A DNA stretch of 64,000 bases, taken from positions 34,600 to 98,599 of the forward strand of contig JBBIJY010000010.1 in the NCBI GenBank assembly GCA_037445735.1, written 5' to 3'. The position numbers and the translations under genes are program-made. The stretch comes from Armatimonadota bacterium. Lineage in GTDB: Bacteria > Armatimonadota > Fimbriimonadia > Fimbriimonadales > GBS-DC. The notes under the pieces were generated by a model that saw only the letters and a list, made by a program, of their open reading frames with translations, did not search any database and was not told the origin of the DNA. Below, in pieces: positions 1 to 11,651 of this stretch (position 1 is its first letter; each line of letters starts with the position of its first letter).

Positions 1-71
1 GGTTTATATCCGCTTACGGGTGGGTTGAGCCCCTTCAGCCGTACCTTCCGCCTTAGCGGGGCGAATGAAAA

Positions 72-114
72 CCCTCTCCCCCACAGCGTGGGAGAGAGGG
101 CACGAGGGTGAGGG
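72..114. repeat. Palindromic repeat (CCCTCTCCC..GGGAGAGGG..GGGTGAGGG family)
   Basis: ccctctcccccacagcgtgggagagagggcacgagggtgaggg just past the flotillin stop; same motif recurs across the window. Confidence 0.7.
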
Positions 115-125
115 CAAGGTCAGCC

Positions 126-2012
126 CTAATCGTCTTTGCCCTTCTGTCGGGCGGGTGGTTCTGGCTCGCTGGCAGGTTCGGCGGAGCTGGAGGCGGCTGC
201 CGAATCGGTCTGCGCCTGCATGCGCACGGCGCCGATGCGCTGGGCAATCTGCATCAGCTGCTGTGCCAGCTCGCTGAAGCGCCCGTTGCCATCGCCGATT
301 GCCTGCAGTCCGCTCAGTGCGCCGTCCAGTGCCACGCCCAGCCCCAGCCCTTTTGCGTACTGTTCGGTCATGCGGGCGAGCGTCTCGGGGTCGCCGAAGA
401 TGTTCATGTTGCCGCGGCTCATGAACTGCCCGATGGAGCGTGCCAGTTCGACCTGCACATCGCGCTGGGCTTCCACGCGCAGTTTCTCCAGTTCGAACTT
501 GAGCGCGGCTTCGCTGTAGGTCTGGCGATATTCGAGCGCCTGACGCTCCACCTCCACGCGGGCGCGTTCCACCTCCACCTGCTCGCGGGCGATGTTCACA
601 TCGACCATCTTGATGGCGGTCTCGCCGCGGGCGACCTGCTCGCGTGCCTGCGCTTCGGCTTCGGCGCGGATGCGAATCGCTTCGGCTTCCAGCTCTGCCG
701 CCTGCTTCTGCGCTTCAGCTTTTTTGACCTCGGCGAAAGCAGCGACCTGCACTTCGGTCTCGCGCTTGATGCGCTCCTGTTCGATCTGCTGTTTGGCAGC
801 GATAAGCTTGGTCTGCGCTTCGCGTTCGGCGGCGGCAAGTTGCTGCACGGTGATAATCTGCTGGTTCGCCTTTTCGCGTTCCGCCTGCGCTTCGAGGGCT
901 TTCTTTTCGGCTTCGGCACGCTGGCGCTCGGCTTCCGCGACGGCAATCTGCTTCTCGCGTTCGGCAAGTTCAATCGCTTTGGCGCGTTCGATGTCGGTCT
1001 TCTGCAGCTCCTGTTGCTTGAGCAGCAGCAGGCGGTCGCGCTCGATGGCGGCGACGCGCACGGCTTGCTCCTGCTGGATTTGCGCTTCCTGCACCTGGCG
1101 TTCCTGCTCGATGCGGTAGGTATCGGCTTCGCGTTTCTTCTCGGCTTGCGCTTTGGCGATTTCGGCTTGCTGGGCGGCTTCGGCTTCCGCCTGCTGACGC
1201 TCCAGCTCCAGAATCTCCTTGCGCGTCTGCACATTCTTCAGGGTGATCTCGCGCTGCGCTTCGCGCTCCAGACGGTTGCGCTCCACCAGCGCGGCTTGCG
1301 TGATCTCGGTGATTTTGCGCTTGCCCTGCGCGTCGAAGATGTTCGTGTCCGAAAGCAGCTCCTGCGAGGTCTGGTCCAGGCGCGAGATGGTCACCGATTC
1401 GAGCGAGAGACCGTTCTGTTCGAGGTCGGCGCGCACCAGTTGCTGCACCGCGCTGGCGAAGGCGTCGCGCTGGGCATGGATCTCCACCAGATCCTTGGTT
1501 GCTGCCACACTGCGCAGGGCGGAGACCAGCTTTTCAAACACCAGTTGCGACACCGACTGGGCGTTCACCGATTTATCGCCCAGCGAGCGCGCCGCGTTCA
1601 GCACGGAGTCTTCTTCGGGTTGAACCTTGATGTAGAACTCGGCTTTCACATCCACCCGCAGGTTATCACGGGTAATCAGCGCGTCGGGTCCCTTGCGCTC
1701 CACCTCCAGCTTCATCGTCTCCAGCGAGACGGGCACTTTCTGGTGTAGAAACGGCACATACAGTCCGCTTCGGTCGATCAGCACGCGCCGTCCACGCCAG
1801 CCAGTGATGACATAGGCGAGATTGGCGGAGGGGCGCAGGTAAAGGTGCTTGAGCGCGAACAGGTAGCTGGACACGAAGATCAGCACACCGCCTACAACCC
1901 ACGACGCAATCGACTGGGCGAGAGTCCAGTTGGCGACGAAGTTGCCGCCGACAAAGCCCAGCAGCGCCAGTGCTATGCCCAGTATCAGCATCAATCCCAG
2001 CATTGTGTTCAA
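126..2012 (-). CDS. Flotillin-like SPFH/Band 7 protein (YqiK-like)
   Basis: Two N-terminal TM helices, SPFH core (ALITRDNLRVDVKAEFYIKV, LEQNGLSLESVTI, NIFDAQGKRKITE), long AE-rich coiled coil. Confidence 0.9.
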   Translation of the reverse strand: MNTMLGLMLILGIALALLGFVGGNFVANWTLAQSIASWVVGGVLIFVSSYLFALKHLYLRPSANLAYVITGWRGRRVLIDRSGLYVPFLHQKVPVSLETMKLEVERKGPDALITRDNLRVDVKAEFYIKVQPEEDSVLNAARSLGDKSVNAQSVSQLVFEKLVSALRSVAATKDLVEIHAQRDAFASAVQQLVRADLEQNGLSLESVTISRLDQTSQELLSDTNIFDAQGKRKITEITQAALVERNRLEREAQREITLKNVQTRKEILELERQQAEAEAAQQAEIAKAQAEKKREADTYRIEQERQVQEAQIQQEQAVRVAAIERDRLLLLKQQELQKTDIERAKAIELAEREKQIAVAEAERQRAEAEKKALEAQAEREKANQQIITVQQLAAAEREAQTKLIAAKQQIEQERIKRETEVQVAAFAEVKKAEAQKQAAELEAEAIRIRAEAEAQAREQVARGETAIKMVDVNIAREQVEVERARVEVERQALEYRQTYSEAALKFELEKLRVEAQRDVQVELARSIGQFMSRGNMNIFGDPETLARMTEQYAKGLGLGVALDGALSGLQAIGDGNGRFSELAQQLMQIAQRIGAVRMQAQTDSAAASSSAEPASEPEPPARQKGKDD

Positions 2013-2018
2013 TCCCCC

Positions 2019-2849
2019 TTAGGTGTCGGTTCGTCCCCCGACATGGGTTTGACGCCGTTCGGTGCTTTCCTGCCGATGCGTTTCGGGCAGGTTCGCGTCG
2101 AACGGGTGTGGCTCCACAATATAGTCGCCACTCTCTTCATTATACCTGACAATCAGCACAGGGGTTCCTGCCGGAATCGGCGGTTGACCCGGCAGGGTCT
2201 GACAGGTGACTCGAAGGATGTCGCCTGTGCGGCTGCGGATGTTGGCGACACCGGTGGTTTCGGTGATTTCGAACACGGCGCGCCCACTGCAACCGATGAG
2301 GTCGGTACGACGCATGGTGGGTTCACCGTTCAGCAAGCCCAGTCGCCGCACAAGGATGCCCGTCGTGCGTCCGAACAGCGCCATTCCGAACAGGCTGGCT
2401 ATCATCGAAACGGGCACGAACAGCGCCGGCGCCTTCACAATCGGTTGCAGGATGGCGTTGACGCTCAGCCCGACCACGCCCCAGACCAGCATCAGCATCG
2501 GCAGGAGCACGGTCAGCGGCACGCCCATCCCGATGCCGAACAGCTGCAGGGTCTTCTGCACTATCGACTCGCCATGCTCATCCGTGTGGGGTTTCACAGC
2601 GTGGGGCGATTCGGTGCTGTCATGGTGAGTGTCGGTCGTCCCATGCCCTTCCGCTGGGTGAGCCTCGGCACCCGCATGGTGAGCCTCAGTTCCGTGCACA
2701 TCGTGCGACCCGGAATCGCCTTCGGGAGTATGCACGCCCAGCTCGTCCATCAGTCCCGTGACCGCCAGCCCGATTGCCAGCACGATCGCCACCATGAGTG
2801 GCAGCGCGAAAATAAAGTTCCACCATTCCAGCAACCCTGTCAGGGACAC
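2019..2849 (-). CDS. YqiJ/NfeD-like membrane protein with C-terminal OB fold
   Basis: TM segments, His/Asp-rich loop, GVPL motif, OB-like tail; directly upstream of the flotillin as is typical. Confidence 0.8.
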   Translation of the reverse strand: MSLTGLLEWWNFIFALPLMVAIVLAIGLAVTGLMDELGVHTPEGDSGSHDVHGTEAHHAGAEAHPAEGHGTTDTHHDSTESPHAVKPHTDEHGESIVQKTLQLFGIGMGVPLTVLLPMLMLVWGVVGLSVNAILQPIVKAPALFVPVSMIASLFGMALFGRTTGILVRRLGLLNGEPTMRRTDLIGCSGRAVFEITETTGVANIRSRTGDILRVTCQTLPGQPPIPAGTPVLIVRYNEESGDYIVEPHPFDANLPETHRQESTERRQTHVGGRTDT

Positions 2850-2942
2850 CGCCCATCACCACTGTTTATTATAGCATGCGCTGGCGGGAAGTTCCCTGAA
2901 AAAGCGGGGGCAGGCGTGGAAAAATGCCAGTGGTGGCGTGCG

Positions 2943-4361
2943 ATGAGACAGGTGGATGTGCTGGTGATTGGTAGCGGACCTGCAGGTCAGCGCGCGGCGA
3001 TTCAGGCAGCGAAGCTGGGGCGCACCGTCGCGGTGGTGGAGCGCCCCACGATGCTGGGCGGAGTGTGCATCAACACGGGAACCATTCCCAGCAAAGCGTT
3101 GCGCGAAGCGATCCTGCAACTGACAGGCAAGCGCGGTGGGTTCTATCTCGAGCCGCATCCCGCCGACACGCTCAGCTTCACGATTCAGGAGCTGGTCTCG
3201 CGCTGTCAGCCCATTATTCGCGCCGAGCAAGCCGTGATGCGGGAGCATTTTCAGAGGAACGGTATCCAGATGCTGTGGGGAACCGCCTCTTTTGAGGATG
3301 AGTTCACGGTGCGGATCGCCCATCGCACTGGCAGCGAGCTGGTACAGGCACAGGCAATCATTCTGGCGGTGGGGACTGTGCCCGCGCGACCGCCCCATAT
3401 CCCTTTCGATGACCGCCAGATTGTGGACAGCGATTCCTTTTTACGGATGCCCCATCTGCCCCGCAGCCTTATTATTGTGGGCGGTGGCGTGATTGGCACG
3501 GAGTACGCCTGCCTGATGAACGCGCTCGGTGTACGGGTGATGCTGGTGGAGGCACGCCCGCGCCTGCTCGACTTCGTGGACGCCGAAATCAGTGAGGCGC
3601 TGCAATACCATATGCGCTCGGCAGACATCACCCTCCGTCTGGGCGAGCAGGTCAGCGAGGTGCAGTTGCTGCCGAACGGGCTGGTGGAGGCGACCTTAGC
3701 CAGTGGCAAGCACCTGCGCGCGGAGGCACTGCTGTATTGCATCGGGCGACAGGGCGCAACCGCCGAACTGGGGCTGGAACGCATCGGGCTGCAGCCCGAC
3801 GAGCGCGGACGCCTGCGCGTGAACGAGCGGTTCCAGACCGAAATCCCGCACATCTATGCAGTGGGCGATGTGATCGGCTTTCCCGCGCTCGCAAGCACTT
3901 CGATGGAGCAGGGGCGAGTCGCCGCCTGCTACGCCTGCGGCGAGCCAGTGGAGCCAAGCTGCCCCGTGTTCCCCTACGGAATCTACACTATCCCCGAGAT
4001 TGCGATGGTGGGCAAAACAGAAGCGCAACTGACCACCGAAGGTGTGCCCTACGAGGTGGGTGTCGCCCATTATCGCGAGGTCTCACGCGGACAACTGCTC
4101 GGCGATACCAGCGGCATGCTCAAAATGCTCATCCACGAGGAGACACGCGAAATTCTGGGCGTGCATGCAATTGGTACAGGCGCGACCGAACTGATTCACA
4201 TCGGACAGATGGCAATCGCTCTTCACACCACCGTGGACTATTTCCTGCAGGCGATTTTTAACTATCCGACACTTGCCGAGTGCTACAAGGTCGCCGCACT
4301 GAACGGCAGCAACAAACTGCGCTTGCTCCGCCAGCATATCACCCTGCCCCACGCTGCATGA
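2943..4361 (+). CDS. sthA: Soluble pyridine nucleotide transhydrogenase
   Basis: VIGSGPAGQRAAIQAAKLG, GGVCINTGTIPSK, GDVIGFPALASTSMEQGR, FNYPTLAECYKVAALN; start placed at ATG 2943. Confidence 0.9.
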   Translation: MRQVDVLVIGSGPAGQRAAIQAAKLGRTVAVVERPTMLGGVCINTGTIPSKALREAILQLTGKRGGFYLEPHPADTLSFTIQELVSRCQPIIRAEQAVMREHFQRNGIQMLWGTASFEDEFTVRIAHRTGSELVQAQAIILAVGTVPARPPHIPFDDRQIVDSDSFLRMPHLPRSLIIVGGGVIGTEYACLMNALGVRVMLVEARPRLLDFVDAEISEALQYHMRSADITLRLGEQVSEVQLLPNGLVEATLASGKHLRAEALLYCIGRQGATAELGLERIGLQPDERGRLRVNERFQTEIPHIYAVGDVIGFPALASTSMEQGRVAACYACGEPVEPSCPVFPYGIYTIPEIAMVGKTEAQLTTEGVPYEVGVAHYREVSRGQLLGDTSGMLKMLIHEETREILGVHAIGTGATELIHIGQMAIALHTTVDYFLQAIFNYPTLAECYKVAALNGSNKLRLLRQHITLPHAA

Positions 4362-4416
4362 ATAAGCAACCCGGTCGCAGCAGATGAAATGGATCGGACC
4401 GTCCAGAACGAATAGA

Positions 4417-4447
4417 CCCCCTCTCCCACAGCATCGGGAGAGGGGGA
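4417..4447. repeat. Palindromic repeat copy / hairpin between convergent genes
   Basis: ccccctctcccacagcatcgggagaggggg. Confidence 0.65.
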
Positions 4448-4465
4448 ATGAGCGCTTCGCGAGAC

Positions 4466-5047
4466 TCAAGCCACGCGCCGACGACGACGCAAGCCCAGCA
4501 GGCTTGCCAGACCGGTGCCAATCGCAATCAGACTGCCTGGCTCCGGCGCAATCACCTTCGAGGAGCCGCCATCGGGCAACGCCTGAATATGCACCATCGC
4601 ACTGTTGTTCAAACCCGCGAAGTCCGACTCCGAAACACCGAGCAGAGTGAAGCTTGAACTGTTGCCCGGCAACAGGCGAGCGGAAGGTGGCGCAACCTTG
4701 AAATCAACCTTCACATTGAAGCTCAGCCCCGCATCGGTGAAGCTCCCCAGATTGATGCTTGTGACGAACGGATCGCCTGTGAAGTTGGCTCCGCTGGGCA
4801 GCGTTGTGAACAGCAGGTTCAGCCGACTGATGAACTGACCCGCCGTGTTGGTTGGGCTGTTGGTGAGCGTGATCTGCACCCCGCCCAAGATGTTCGTGAT
4901 GGTCATCGTCGCCCAGGGCGATGGACCACCCGGAGTGCCACCCGAATGAATCGCGTTGAACGCGAAGTTCACAGTGGCGTTCGCCGAATACAGCAGCAGG
5001 ACGCTTAGCGCACCCGCGAGAGACATCAGTTTAAACGCTTTTGACAT
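4466..5047 (-). CDS. PEP-CTERM sorting domain protein
   Basis: Signal peptide; C-terminal APEPGS + TM + RRRRR. Confidence 0.9.
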   Translation of the reverse strand: MSKAFKLMSLAGALSVLLLYSANATVNFAFNAIHSGGTPGGPSPWATMTITNILGGVQITLTNSPTNTAGQFISRLNLLFTTLPSGANFTGDPFVTSINLGSFTDAGLSFNVKVDFKVAPPSARLLPGNSSSFTLLGVSESDFAGLNNSAMVHIQALPDGGSSKVIAPEPGSLIAIGTGLASLLGLRRRRRVA

Positions 5048-5221
5048 GGTGTTTTACCTCCGTCATATATAGACTCGATAATGCTCAAAAAGCGGACATC
5101 GATCTGGTTTTTGCTGCAACTTCTGTGCCATCGGCAGCGTTGCGCCCCCGTCAAACTATGGGATTTGCACGCAACGTGCCGATGGGGTACAATATTCCCC
5201 TGCATGGAGGAGACCGGAGCG

Positions 5222-5536
5222 ATGTATGCGATTGTTCAAACGGGCGGCAAGCAGTATCGCGCGGAGCCAGGCGCCATCATCAGTGTGGAAAAAATCGAGG
5301 CGGAAGCGGGCAGCCAGATCGAGCTGACGGAGGTGCTGCTGATTCGCACCGACGAGGGTCTGCGCGTGGGCGCGCCTTACATCGAGGGCGCGAAGGTGAT
5401 TGCCGAAGTGGTACGACAGGGCAAGGGTCCCAAGATTATCGGGTTCAAATACAAGCCGAAGAAGAACGAGCGTCGGCGCTGGGGTCATCGCCAGCAGCTG
5501 ACCTGGCTGCGCATCAAGGAGATTGTCGCAGGCTAA
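5222..5536 (+). CDS. rplU: 50S ribosomal protein L21
   Basis: [12 protein letters not shown]...GHRQ motifs; GGAGGAG upstream. Confidence 0.97.
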   Translation: MYAIVQTGGKQYRAEPGAIISVEKIEAEAGSQIELTEVLLIRTDEGLRVGAPYIEGAKVIAEVVRQGKGPKIIGFKYKPKKNERRRWGHRQQLTWLRIKEIVAG

Positions 5537-6717
5537 AGCCGGGTTGCCAGCAAGCCTGCGGCGCAGCCGGCGAGGAAGTAGGCGCGTTCCGCATCGGCGT
5601 CGCGCCCCATCGTGGTCAGGATCGCCCCCTGATCGAGGAGCCATTCCAGCACGGCATCGGCATCGATAATGTGCAGGGTGTGGCGATCTGGTATCGCCGC
5701 GCCCTGCAAAGCGTTCAGCACCCGCTCCATCTGGTCAGCGGGCAGTTGCGGCACCGCGACCGTGCAGGGCAGGAGCGCGACCTGGCTCAAAACGGTCAGT
5801 GAGTGGTGGCTCACGCCCTGATGGCGTGCGCGGGTGTCGCCGAAGCTGATGCGCAGCGCTGCGATGGGCTGACCGCCAAGTGTGCCGATGGCGTTCAGCG
5901 CCAGCCCCTGATCGAGACCCGAAAAGCCCCAGCGCGTACCCGTGCCCAGATTGCCCGGACCCTGACCGACCACCGCGAAATCGGCGTTCAGCGCGTGGCG
6001 GGCGAGCAATAACGCGCTATAGAGGTTCACCGCCTCCAGCTCGCCCCCGAACGCCTGCCCGACTGTGATGGTTCCTGCCAGCCAGCCGCGCTCCGTGAGC
6101 CAGCTCACCACCTCGCTGAAGCCGAGCGCGAGCGCCGCCGAATCGGTCATGATGTAGACGATTCGGGCGTCGGGGCGCGCGTAGCGAATCGCGCCCACCA
6201 CAGGAATCAGATGGCTGTGCAGCAGGATCGCGACGGTGGGCATCCCCTTCAGTGTGCCTGTGAGCGCGTCGGGATAGCGATTCTCGGCGGCGGGCGCGGC
6301 GAACTGCAACGGCGTGTAGCGCAACCGCATCAGCAGCTCCCCCTCACCCGTACCCTCTCCCTCGCTGGGGGAGAGGGGCAGATGGCTCCCTTTCCCCTCT
6401 GGGGAGAGGGTTGGGGTGAGGGGTTGCATCGGCACGACGGCAGGCTCTGCCCCCTCACCCATGCCCTCTCCCCCGCACGCGGCGGAGAGGGTGGATAGCG
6501 CGGCAATCACAAAATCGTAGCCGCCAGTGCCCAGCTTCAGCGCGGTCGCCGTGGTGTTGAGCAGCACAGTATCGCCCGCCTGCAGGCGTCCATTAAGCGT
6601 GATGTAGTTGAGCGCGTTGCGCCGCTCCGCATCGGTGCGCACCTGCAGGTACTGCACGCCCGACCGCTCGCGCACCACCTGCTCCACAATCCCGACCGCT
6701 TTGTAAAGCACGCTCAC
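5533..6717 (-). CDS. DUF3866 family protein with in-frame repeat insertion
   Basis: [71 protein letters not shown]. Confidence 0.85.
   Translation of the reverse strand: MSVLYKAVGIVEQVVRERSGVQYLQVRTDAERRNALNYITLNGRLQAGDTVLLNTTATALKLGTGGYDFVIAALSTLSAACGGEGMGEGAEPAVVPMQPLTPTLSPEGKGSHLPLSPSEGEGTGEGELLMRLRYTPLQFAAPAAENRYPDALTGTLKGMPTVAILLHSHLIPVVGAIRYARPDARIVYIMTDSAALALGFSEVVSWLTERGWLAGTITVGQAFGGELEAVNLYSALLLARHALNADFAVVGQGPGNLGTGTRWGFSGLDQGLALNAIGTLGGQPIAALRISFGDTRARHQGVSHHSLTVLSQVALLPCTVAVPQLPADQMERVLNALQGAAIPDRHTLHIIDADAVLEWLLDQGAILTTMGRDADAERAYFLAGCAAGLLATRL
6339..6491. repeat. Cluster of palindromic repeats inside the DUF3866 CDS
   Basis: Three CCCTCACCC/CCCTCTCCC..GGAGAGGG units encoding GGEGMGEG...[25 protein letters not shown]. 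Confidence 0.85.
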
Positions 6718-8570
6718 GGCTGCACGCCTCGCTGGTGGAGGTAGACCATCAGGCAGGCGATGTCGGCGGGGCGCACGCCCGGGATACGCGCCGCCTGACC
6801 TATCGTGCGGGGGCGTACCCGTGCGAGCTTCTCGCGCGACTCGCGCGAAATCGCCGTCAACGATTCGTAATCGATATCGTCTGGGATGAACCAGTCTTCC
6901 ATCCTGCGCATCTTCTCGACCTGTTGCTGCTGCTTGCGCAGGTAGATGTCGTATTTGACGCGGATCTCCACCGCCTCGGCGATTTCGGGCGGTAGGGGCG
7001 TCTCTGGCGGGAAGAGACGGGTCAGCATGGCGTGTGAGACTTCGGGGCGGCGCAGGTAGTCGCGCGCGGTGATGCGCTCATTCACGGGCGTGCCGCCCAG
7101 CGCGACAAGCTGCGGGTTGTGCCGCCCGCTGATTTCGATGCGCTCCAGCCGTTCCAGCTCCGCCTGAATCTGCGCCTGTCGCGCCTGAAAGCGTCGCCAG
7201 CGTTCGTCGTCCACCAGCCCGACCTCGCGTCCGATGGGTGTGAGACGCTCGTCGGCATTATCGTGGCGCAGATGCAGCCGATGCTCGGCGCGACCCGTCA
7301 GCATCCGATAGGGGTCTTCCACGCCTTTGGTCACCAGATCGTCAATCAGCACGCCAATATAGCTGCTGCTGCGTTCCAGCACAAGCGGCTCACGGCGCTT
7401 GACATACAGCGCGGCGTTGATGCCCGCGATCAGCCCCTGCGCAGCAGCTTCCTCATAGCCCGATGTGCCGTTGATCTGCCCCGCAAGGAACAGCCCCCGC
7501 ACCCGCCTGGTCATCAGCGTCGGATGAAGCTGGTCAGGGTACACCATGTCGTACTCCACCGCATAGCCAGGGCGTAGCATCACCACCTCTTCCAGCCCTG
7601 GCAGGGTGCGCAGAAACGCCAGCTGCACCTCCTCGGGCAGGCTGGTGGACATCCCCTGCACATAGAGGTCGTCCCGGTCCCAGTACTCCTGCTCCAGGAA
7701 CACGGGATGGCGCTCCTTGTCGGGGAATCGCACGATTTTGTCTTCGATGCTGGGGCAGTAGCGCGGTCCGATGCCGACGATATGCCCGCCGTACATCGCG
7801 GAGCGGTGCAGGTTCTCGCGGATGATGGCGTGCGTGCGCTCGTTGGTGAAGGTTTGCCAGCAGGGCAGCAGCGGGCGCGGCGGCTGCAGGCGGTCGTGCC
7901 GATACGAAAAGGGCGGGCACGGCTCCGACGGCACTTCCGTCAGGCGGGAGAGATCGACGCTCTTTTTATCGATGCGGGGCGTGGTGCCGGTCTTGAAGCG
8001 CCCGATTCGGAAGCCGAGCTGCTGGAGAGCGGCGGTCAGCCCTGTGGCGGGCGGGTCGCCGAACCGCGCCGCCTGAATCTTGCGCTCCCCGATATGGCAT
8101 AGCCCATTCAGAAAGGTGCCGGTGGTCAACACGACGACATGCGCAGTGATCTCGCCGTCGGGCGTGCGAACCCCATAGCAGGTGTCGTCCTTCACCAGCA
8201 AGCCGTCGACGCGGGCTTCCCTCAGCGTCAGGTTCGGCTGCTGCTGGAGTGTGGCGAGCATCTGCGCGGGATAGAGCGCTTTGTCGGCATGGGCGCGCAG
8301 GGTGCGTACGGCAGGTCCCTTGCCCGTGCCCACAAAGCGAATATGGGTCAGCGTTAAATCGGTGTTGATGCCCATCTGCCCGCCGAGCGCGTCGATTTCG
8401 CGCACCAGATGCCCTTTGGCAGGACCGCCGATGGAGCAGTTGCAGGGCATATGTGCCGTGCGCTCGATGTTGAGCGTGAGGGCGAGCGTGCGGCAGCCGA
8501 GCCGTGCCGCTGCCAGCGCCGCCTCACAACCCGCATGACCCGTCCCCACCACGATCACATCGTAATCCAT
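6714..8570 (-). CDS. mnmG: tRNA uridine 5-carboxymethylaminomethyl modification enzyme MnmG/GidA
   Basis: [57 protein letters not shown]. Confidence 0.97.
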   Translation of the reverse strand: MDYDVIVVGTGHAGCEAALAAARLGCRTLALTLNIERTAHMPCNCSIGGPAKGHLVREIDALGGQMGINTDLTLTHIRFVGTGKGPAVRTLRAHADKALYPAQMLATLQQQPNLTLREARVDGLLVKDDTCYGVRTPDGEITAHVVVLTTGTFLNGLCHIGERKIQAARFGDPPATGLTAALQQLGFRIGRFKTGTTPRIDKKSVDLSRLTEVPSEPCPPFSYRHDRLQPPRPLLPCWQTFTNERTHAIIRENLHRSAMYGGHIVGIGPRYCPSIEDKIVRFPDKERHPVFLEQEYWDRDDLYVQGMSTSLPEEVQLAFLRTLPGLEEVVMLRPGYAVEYDMVYPDQLHPTLMTRRVRGLFLAGQINGTSGYEEAAAQGLIAGINAALYVKRREPLVLERSSSYIGVLIDDLVTKGVEDPYRMLTGRAEHRLHLRHDNADERLTPIGREVGLVDDERWRRFQARQAQIQAELERLERIEISGRHNPQLVALGGTPVNERITARDYLRRPEVSHAMLTRLFPPETPLPPEIAEAVEIRVKYDIYLRKQQQQVEKMRRMEDWFIPDDIDYESLTAISRESREKLARVRPRTIGQAARIPGVRPADIACLMVYLHQRGVQP

Positions 8571-8588
8571 CCATCGAGAGCATACCCC

Positions 8589-9293
8589 ATGCCGCCTGCG
8601 GGTATGCTTGCAGATGTGCAGAAGCGGTTGCTGGGACGGACGAATCGGCTCCTGTTCCCTTTGTGGGTGCGCGGGGCATTGCCAGCCGACGAGCCTGACG
8701 AGGCGCAGGTCGCTGCCTTTTTTGAGCGGTTGCGGTCGCTCGGCGTGGAAGTGCTGGACATCACGCCCTCGCACGGTTTCTGGGGGCAGGCTTTGCGCGT
8801 GCATCAGCCCGCGTTGCAGGTGGCGGTCATCGCACCGCCACATCTGCTGGCGTACGCGCCCGACAGCCAGCGCGCCGCGCGTGCCGTGCAGGCGCATCTG
8901 ATCGAGATTCTCTGCTCCATCGGGCGCGATTGCTGCGACTACTACTTCCTGAATCTGGCGTATGCGCCGACCGAGGCGCAGTTGAGCGGTGCGCTGGAGG
9001 CGCTGGAGCTGGCGCGTCAGGAGGCGCAGGTAGGCGCGATTGGGCTGGCAGCGTATGGCGAGCCGTTGCGCATACTCGCACTCTGGCGCACGCACGACGC
9101 TTTCGAGGTCGCCCTGCTACCAAACCGCCATGAGGCCCTGCAGGTGCTGCTGCCCGAGGCGCGAGCGCGGCGCGTCGGCGCGATTGTCGAAATCGCCGAA
9201 CCGCTCTGGAACGCGACACCAAGCCAGTGGGACAGCACGCTCGCCCAGCTGAACGCCGACGCCCTCCTGCTCACAGGTACAATTCTGCCATGA
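8589..9293 (+). CDS. Aldo/keto reductase-fold protein (divergent)
   Basis: KRLLGRT start, [28 protein letters not shown] resemble AKR barrel motifs; start uncertain. Confidence 0.55.
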   Translation: MPPAGMLADVQKRLLGRTNRLLFPLWVRGALPADEPDEAQVAAFFERLRSLGVEVLDITPSHGFWGQALRVHQPALQVAVIAPPHLLAYAPDSQRAARAVQAHLIEILCSIGRDCCDYYFLNLAYAPTEAQLSGALEALELARQEAQVGAIGLAAYGEPLRILALWRTHDAFEVALLPNRHEALQVLLPEARARRVGAIVEIAEPLWNATPSQWDSTLAQLNADALLLTGTILP

Positions 9294-10342
9294 TGCAGGC
9301 GGATGGACACTTCATGCGGGCGGAGATCGGCGAGCAGCCAGCAGTGCTGACCCGTATCGCCGATCAGGAATGGCATGCGATTCGCGAGGCAGCAGCGCGC
9401 ATCCAGCAAGCCGATACGCTCTATGTGCTGTTAGCCGCGCGCGGCACCTCCGACAACGCCGCCCGATATTTTCAATATCTGCTTCAGATAGAGAACGGGC
9501 TACCGTGCGGGCTGGCAACGCCGTCGGTGGTGACGCTCTATCGGGCGAGCCTGAACCTGAATCGCTGTCTGGTGGTGGGCATCTCCCAATCGGGCGAGGC
9601 GCCCGATGTGATCGAGTATGTGACCCATGCGCGGGAGCGCGGCGCACTCACGCTGAGCATCACCAATAATCCGCAATCGCCATTAGCGCAGGCGAGCCAT
9701 CTGCATCTATGGGTACGCGCAGGCACAGAACGCAGTGTGGCTGCCACCAAAACCTATACGGGCACGCTCGCTGTCATCTACCTGCTGGCGCACGCGCTCA
9801 AGGGCGCCAGCGACGCGCCCGACAAACTGCACGCGACCGCCCAGATGGTCGCCGAAGCGCTCCAGCAGGAGGCGGTCATCCAGCAGGCAGTGGATCGCTA
9901 CCGCTATGTGCGCGAGTGCGTGTCGCTGGCGCGGGGCATCAACCAGGCGACCGCCGAAGAGACCGCCCTGAAGCTTATCGAGACCTGCTATGTGGTGTGC
10001 AAAGCCTACTCGGTCGCCGACTTTATGCATGGACCGTTCGCGCTGATAGAGGCGGGCTTTCCGTGCCTGCTGTTCGCGCCCGACGGCGCGACCTTCCCGA
10101 CGGTGCTGGAATCGGCGCAGCGCCTGCGCGAGGGCGGCGCGGAAACGATTATCTTCGCCCGCGACCCCGACATCCTGCGCCTCGCCCGCACACCGATTGA
10201 ACTGCCCGTCAGAGTGCCCGAAACCGTCTCGCCCATCGTGTATGTGGTGCTGGGGCAGCTGTTCGCCTATCACCTTGCGCTCGCCCGCGACCTGAACCCT
10301 GACCAGCCGCGCGGTCTGCAAAAAGTCACCCGCACGCGGTAG
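9290..10342 (+). CDS. SIS-domain sugar isomerase/deaminase (GlmS C-terminal-like)
   Basis: MRAEIGEQP, ARGTSDNA, ISQSGE, SVAATKTY, PDQPRGLQKVT; no glutaminase domain. Confidence 0.88.
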   Translation: MMQADGHFMRAEIGEQPAVLTRIADQEWHAIREAAARIQQADTLYVLLAARGTSDNAARYFQYLLQIENGLPCGLATPSVVTLYRASLNLNRCLVVGISQSGEAPDVIEYVTHARERGALTLSITNNPQSPLAQASHLHLWVRAGTERSVAATKTYTGTLAVIYLLAHALKGASDAPDKLHATAQMVAEALQQEAVIQQAVDRYRYVRECVSLARGINQATAEETALKLIETCYVVCKAYSVADFMHGPFALIEAGFPCLLFAPDGATFPTVLESAQRLREGGAETIIFARDPDILRLARTPIELPVRVPETVSPIVYVVLGQLFAYHLALARDLNPDQPRGLQKVTRTR

Positions 10343-10422
10343 CCATGCACTGTGGAGTTTGGGCGCGGAGACCGTGCCCCCACCGTCAGCATATTGTTAG
10401 CCGATAGGGTATCTTTTGGGCG

Positions 10423-11651
10423 ATGCTCACCAACGAGGAGCGCCGTGTCGGGATTTATCACGATGGGACCAAGCCCATCCATCCAGCGCAGGTCACGCCT
10501 GACACGCCACTGGAAGCACTCAATCTCAACTGGCGCGAGCGCGACCTGCCCGAACGGTTACGCACGCGCCATGTCCATCGCCTGCACCCCTATCTGGGCA
10601 AGTTCATCCCGCAGCTGGTGGAGGTGTTCCTGCGCAAATATTTCCGAGCGGGTCAGACGGTGCTGGACCCCTTTGTAGGGTCGGGCACGACCCTTGTGCA
10701 GGCGAATGAGCTGGGTATTAACGCGATAGGCTATGATGTGTCCGCCTTTAATATAATCCTGTGCCGCGCGAAAACGCAGGTTTATGACCTGAAGCAGATG
10801 AGCGGGAGGTGCTGGATGCGCTGGCGCGTGCCGAGCGCGCGCTCCAGCACTGGCATGGTCAGCTCTCGCTGATAATGGAGCCGCGCGAGCTGCTCTATGA
10901 GCATTCCAGCTGCCATGCGGACTATCTCCAGCAGTGGTACGCGCCGCAAGCCCTTCGCGAGCTGCTCACCTATCGGCATATAGTGGAGCATGGCGACTAT
11001 GAGTATAAAGACCTGCTGCGCATCATCCTTTCCCGTTCCGCACGCTCGGCACGGCTAACCCCGCACTATGACCTGGATTTTCCCAAAAAGCCTCAGACGG
11101 AGCCGTACTGGTGCTATAAGCATCGGCGCATCTGCGAGCCAACCACCGAGGCGCTCAAATTCTTACGGCGATATAGCTACGATACGATTCGGCGGGTGAT
11201 GGAGTTCGCGCAGGTGCGCACCTCAGCGTGGGTGGAGGTTGATCATGCTGACAGTCGTGAGGTCTGCTTCCCGCCCGTTGATGGCATCATCACCAGCCCG
11301 CCCTATGTGGGGCTAATCGATTACCATGACCAGCACGCCTATGCTTACCACCTGCTCAACCTGACCGATTTGAGCGAGCGTGAGATCGGCGCGGCATCGA
11401 ACGGCGCATCGGAACGCGCGAAAGCTCAATATGTAGCAGACATTGTAAGGGTCTTCTCCCGCGCTTTGGAGGCAATGCCGTCAGGCGCACCAGTTATCGT
11501 GGTGGCAAATGATAAGCATAATCTGTATGGCGAGATTGCCACACGGCTGGATGTGGAGGTGGAAGGTATATTGCACCGCCATGTGAACCGCCGTACAGGG
11601 CGACGCTCAACAGAGTTTTTCGAATCAATCTTTATCTGGAGGAAGCGCTGA
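10423..11651 (+). pseudogene. Amino-type (N4C/N6A) DNA methyltransferase, frameshifted near 10800
   Basis: HRLHPYLGKFIPQ and VLDPFVGSGTT in ORF 10423..10872; ITSPPY in ORF 10809..11651; one extra G at cagatg^agcggg joins the frames (MEREVLDAL). Confidence 0.8.

Noticed and set aside
108-1748. 546-aa plus-strand ORF
   Set aside because: Antisense shadow of the flotillin gene in high-GC DNA; no recognisable motifs.
1845-2942. Long N-terminal extension of sthA
   Set aside because: Overlaps two real minus-strand genes; homology begins at ATG 2943.
6339-6491. Repeat clusters as a CRISPR array
   Set aside because: Units are inverted and variable with no regular spacers; no cas genes in the window.
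8571-9095. N-terminal extension of mnmG
   Set aside because: Antisense to the AKR-like gene; MnmG motifs start at 8570.
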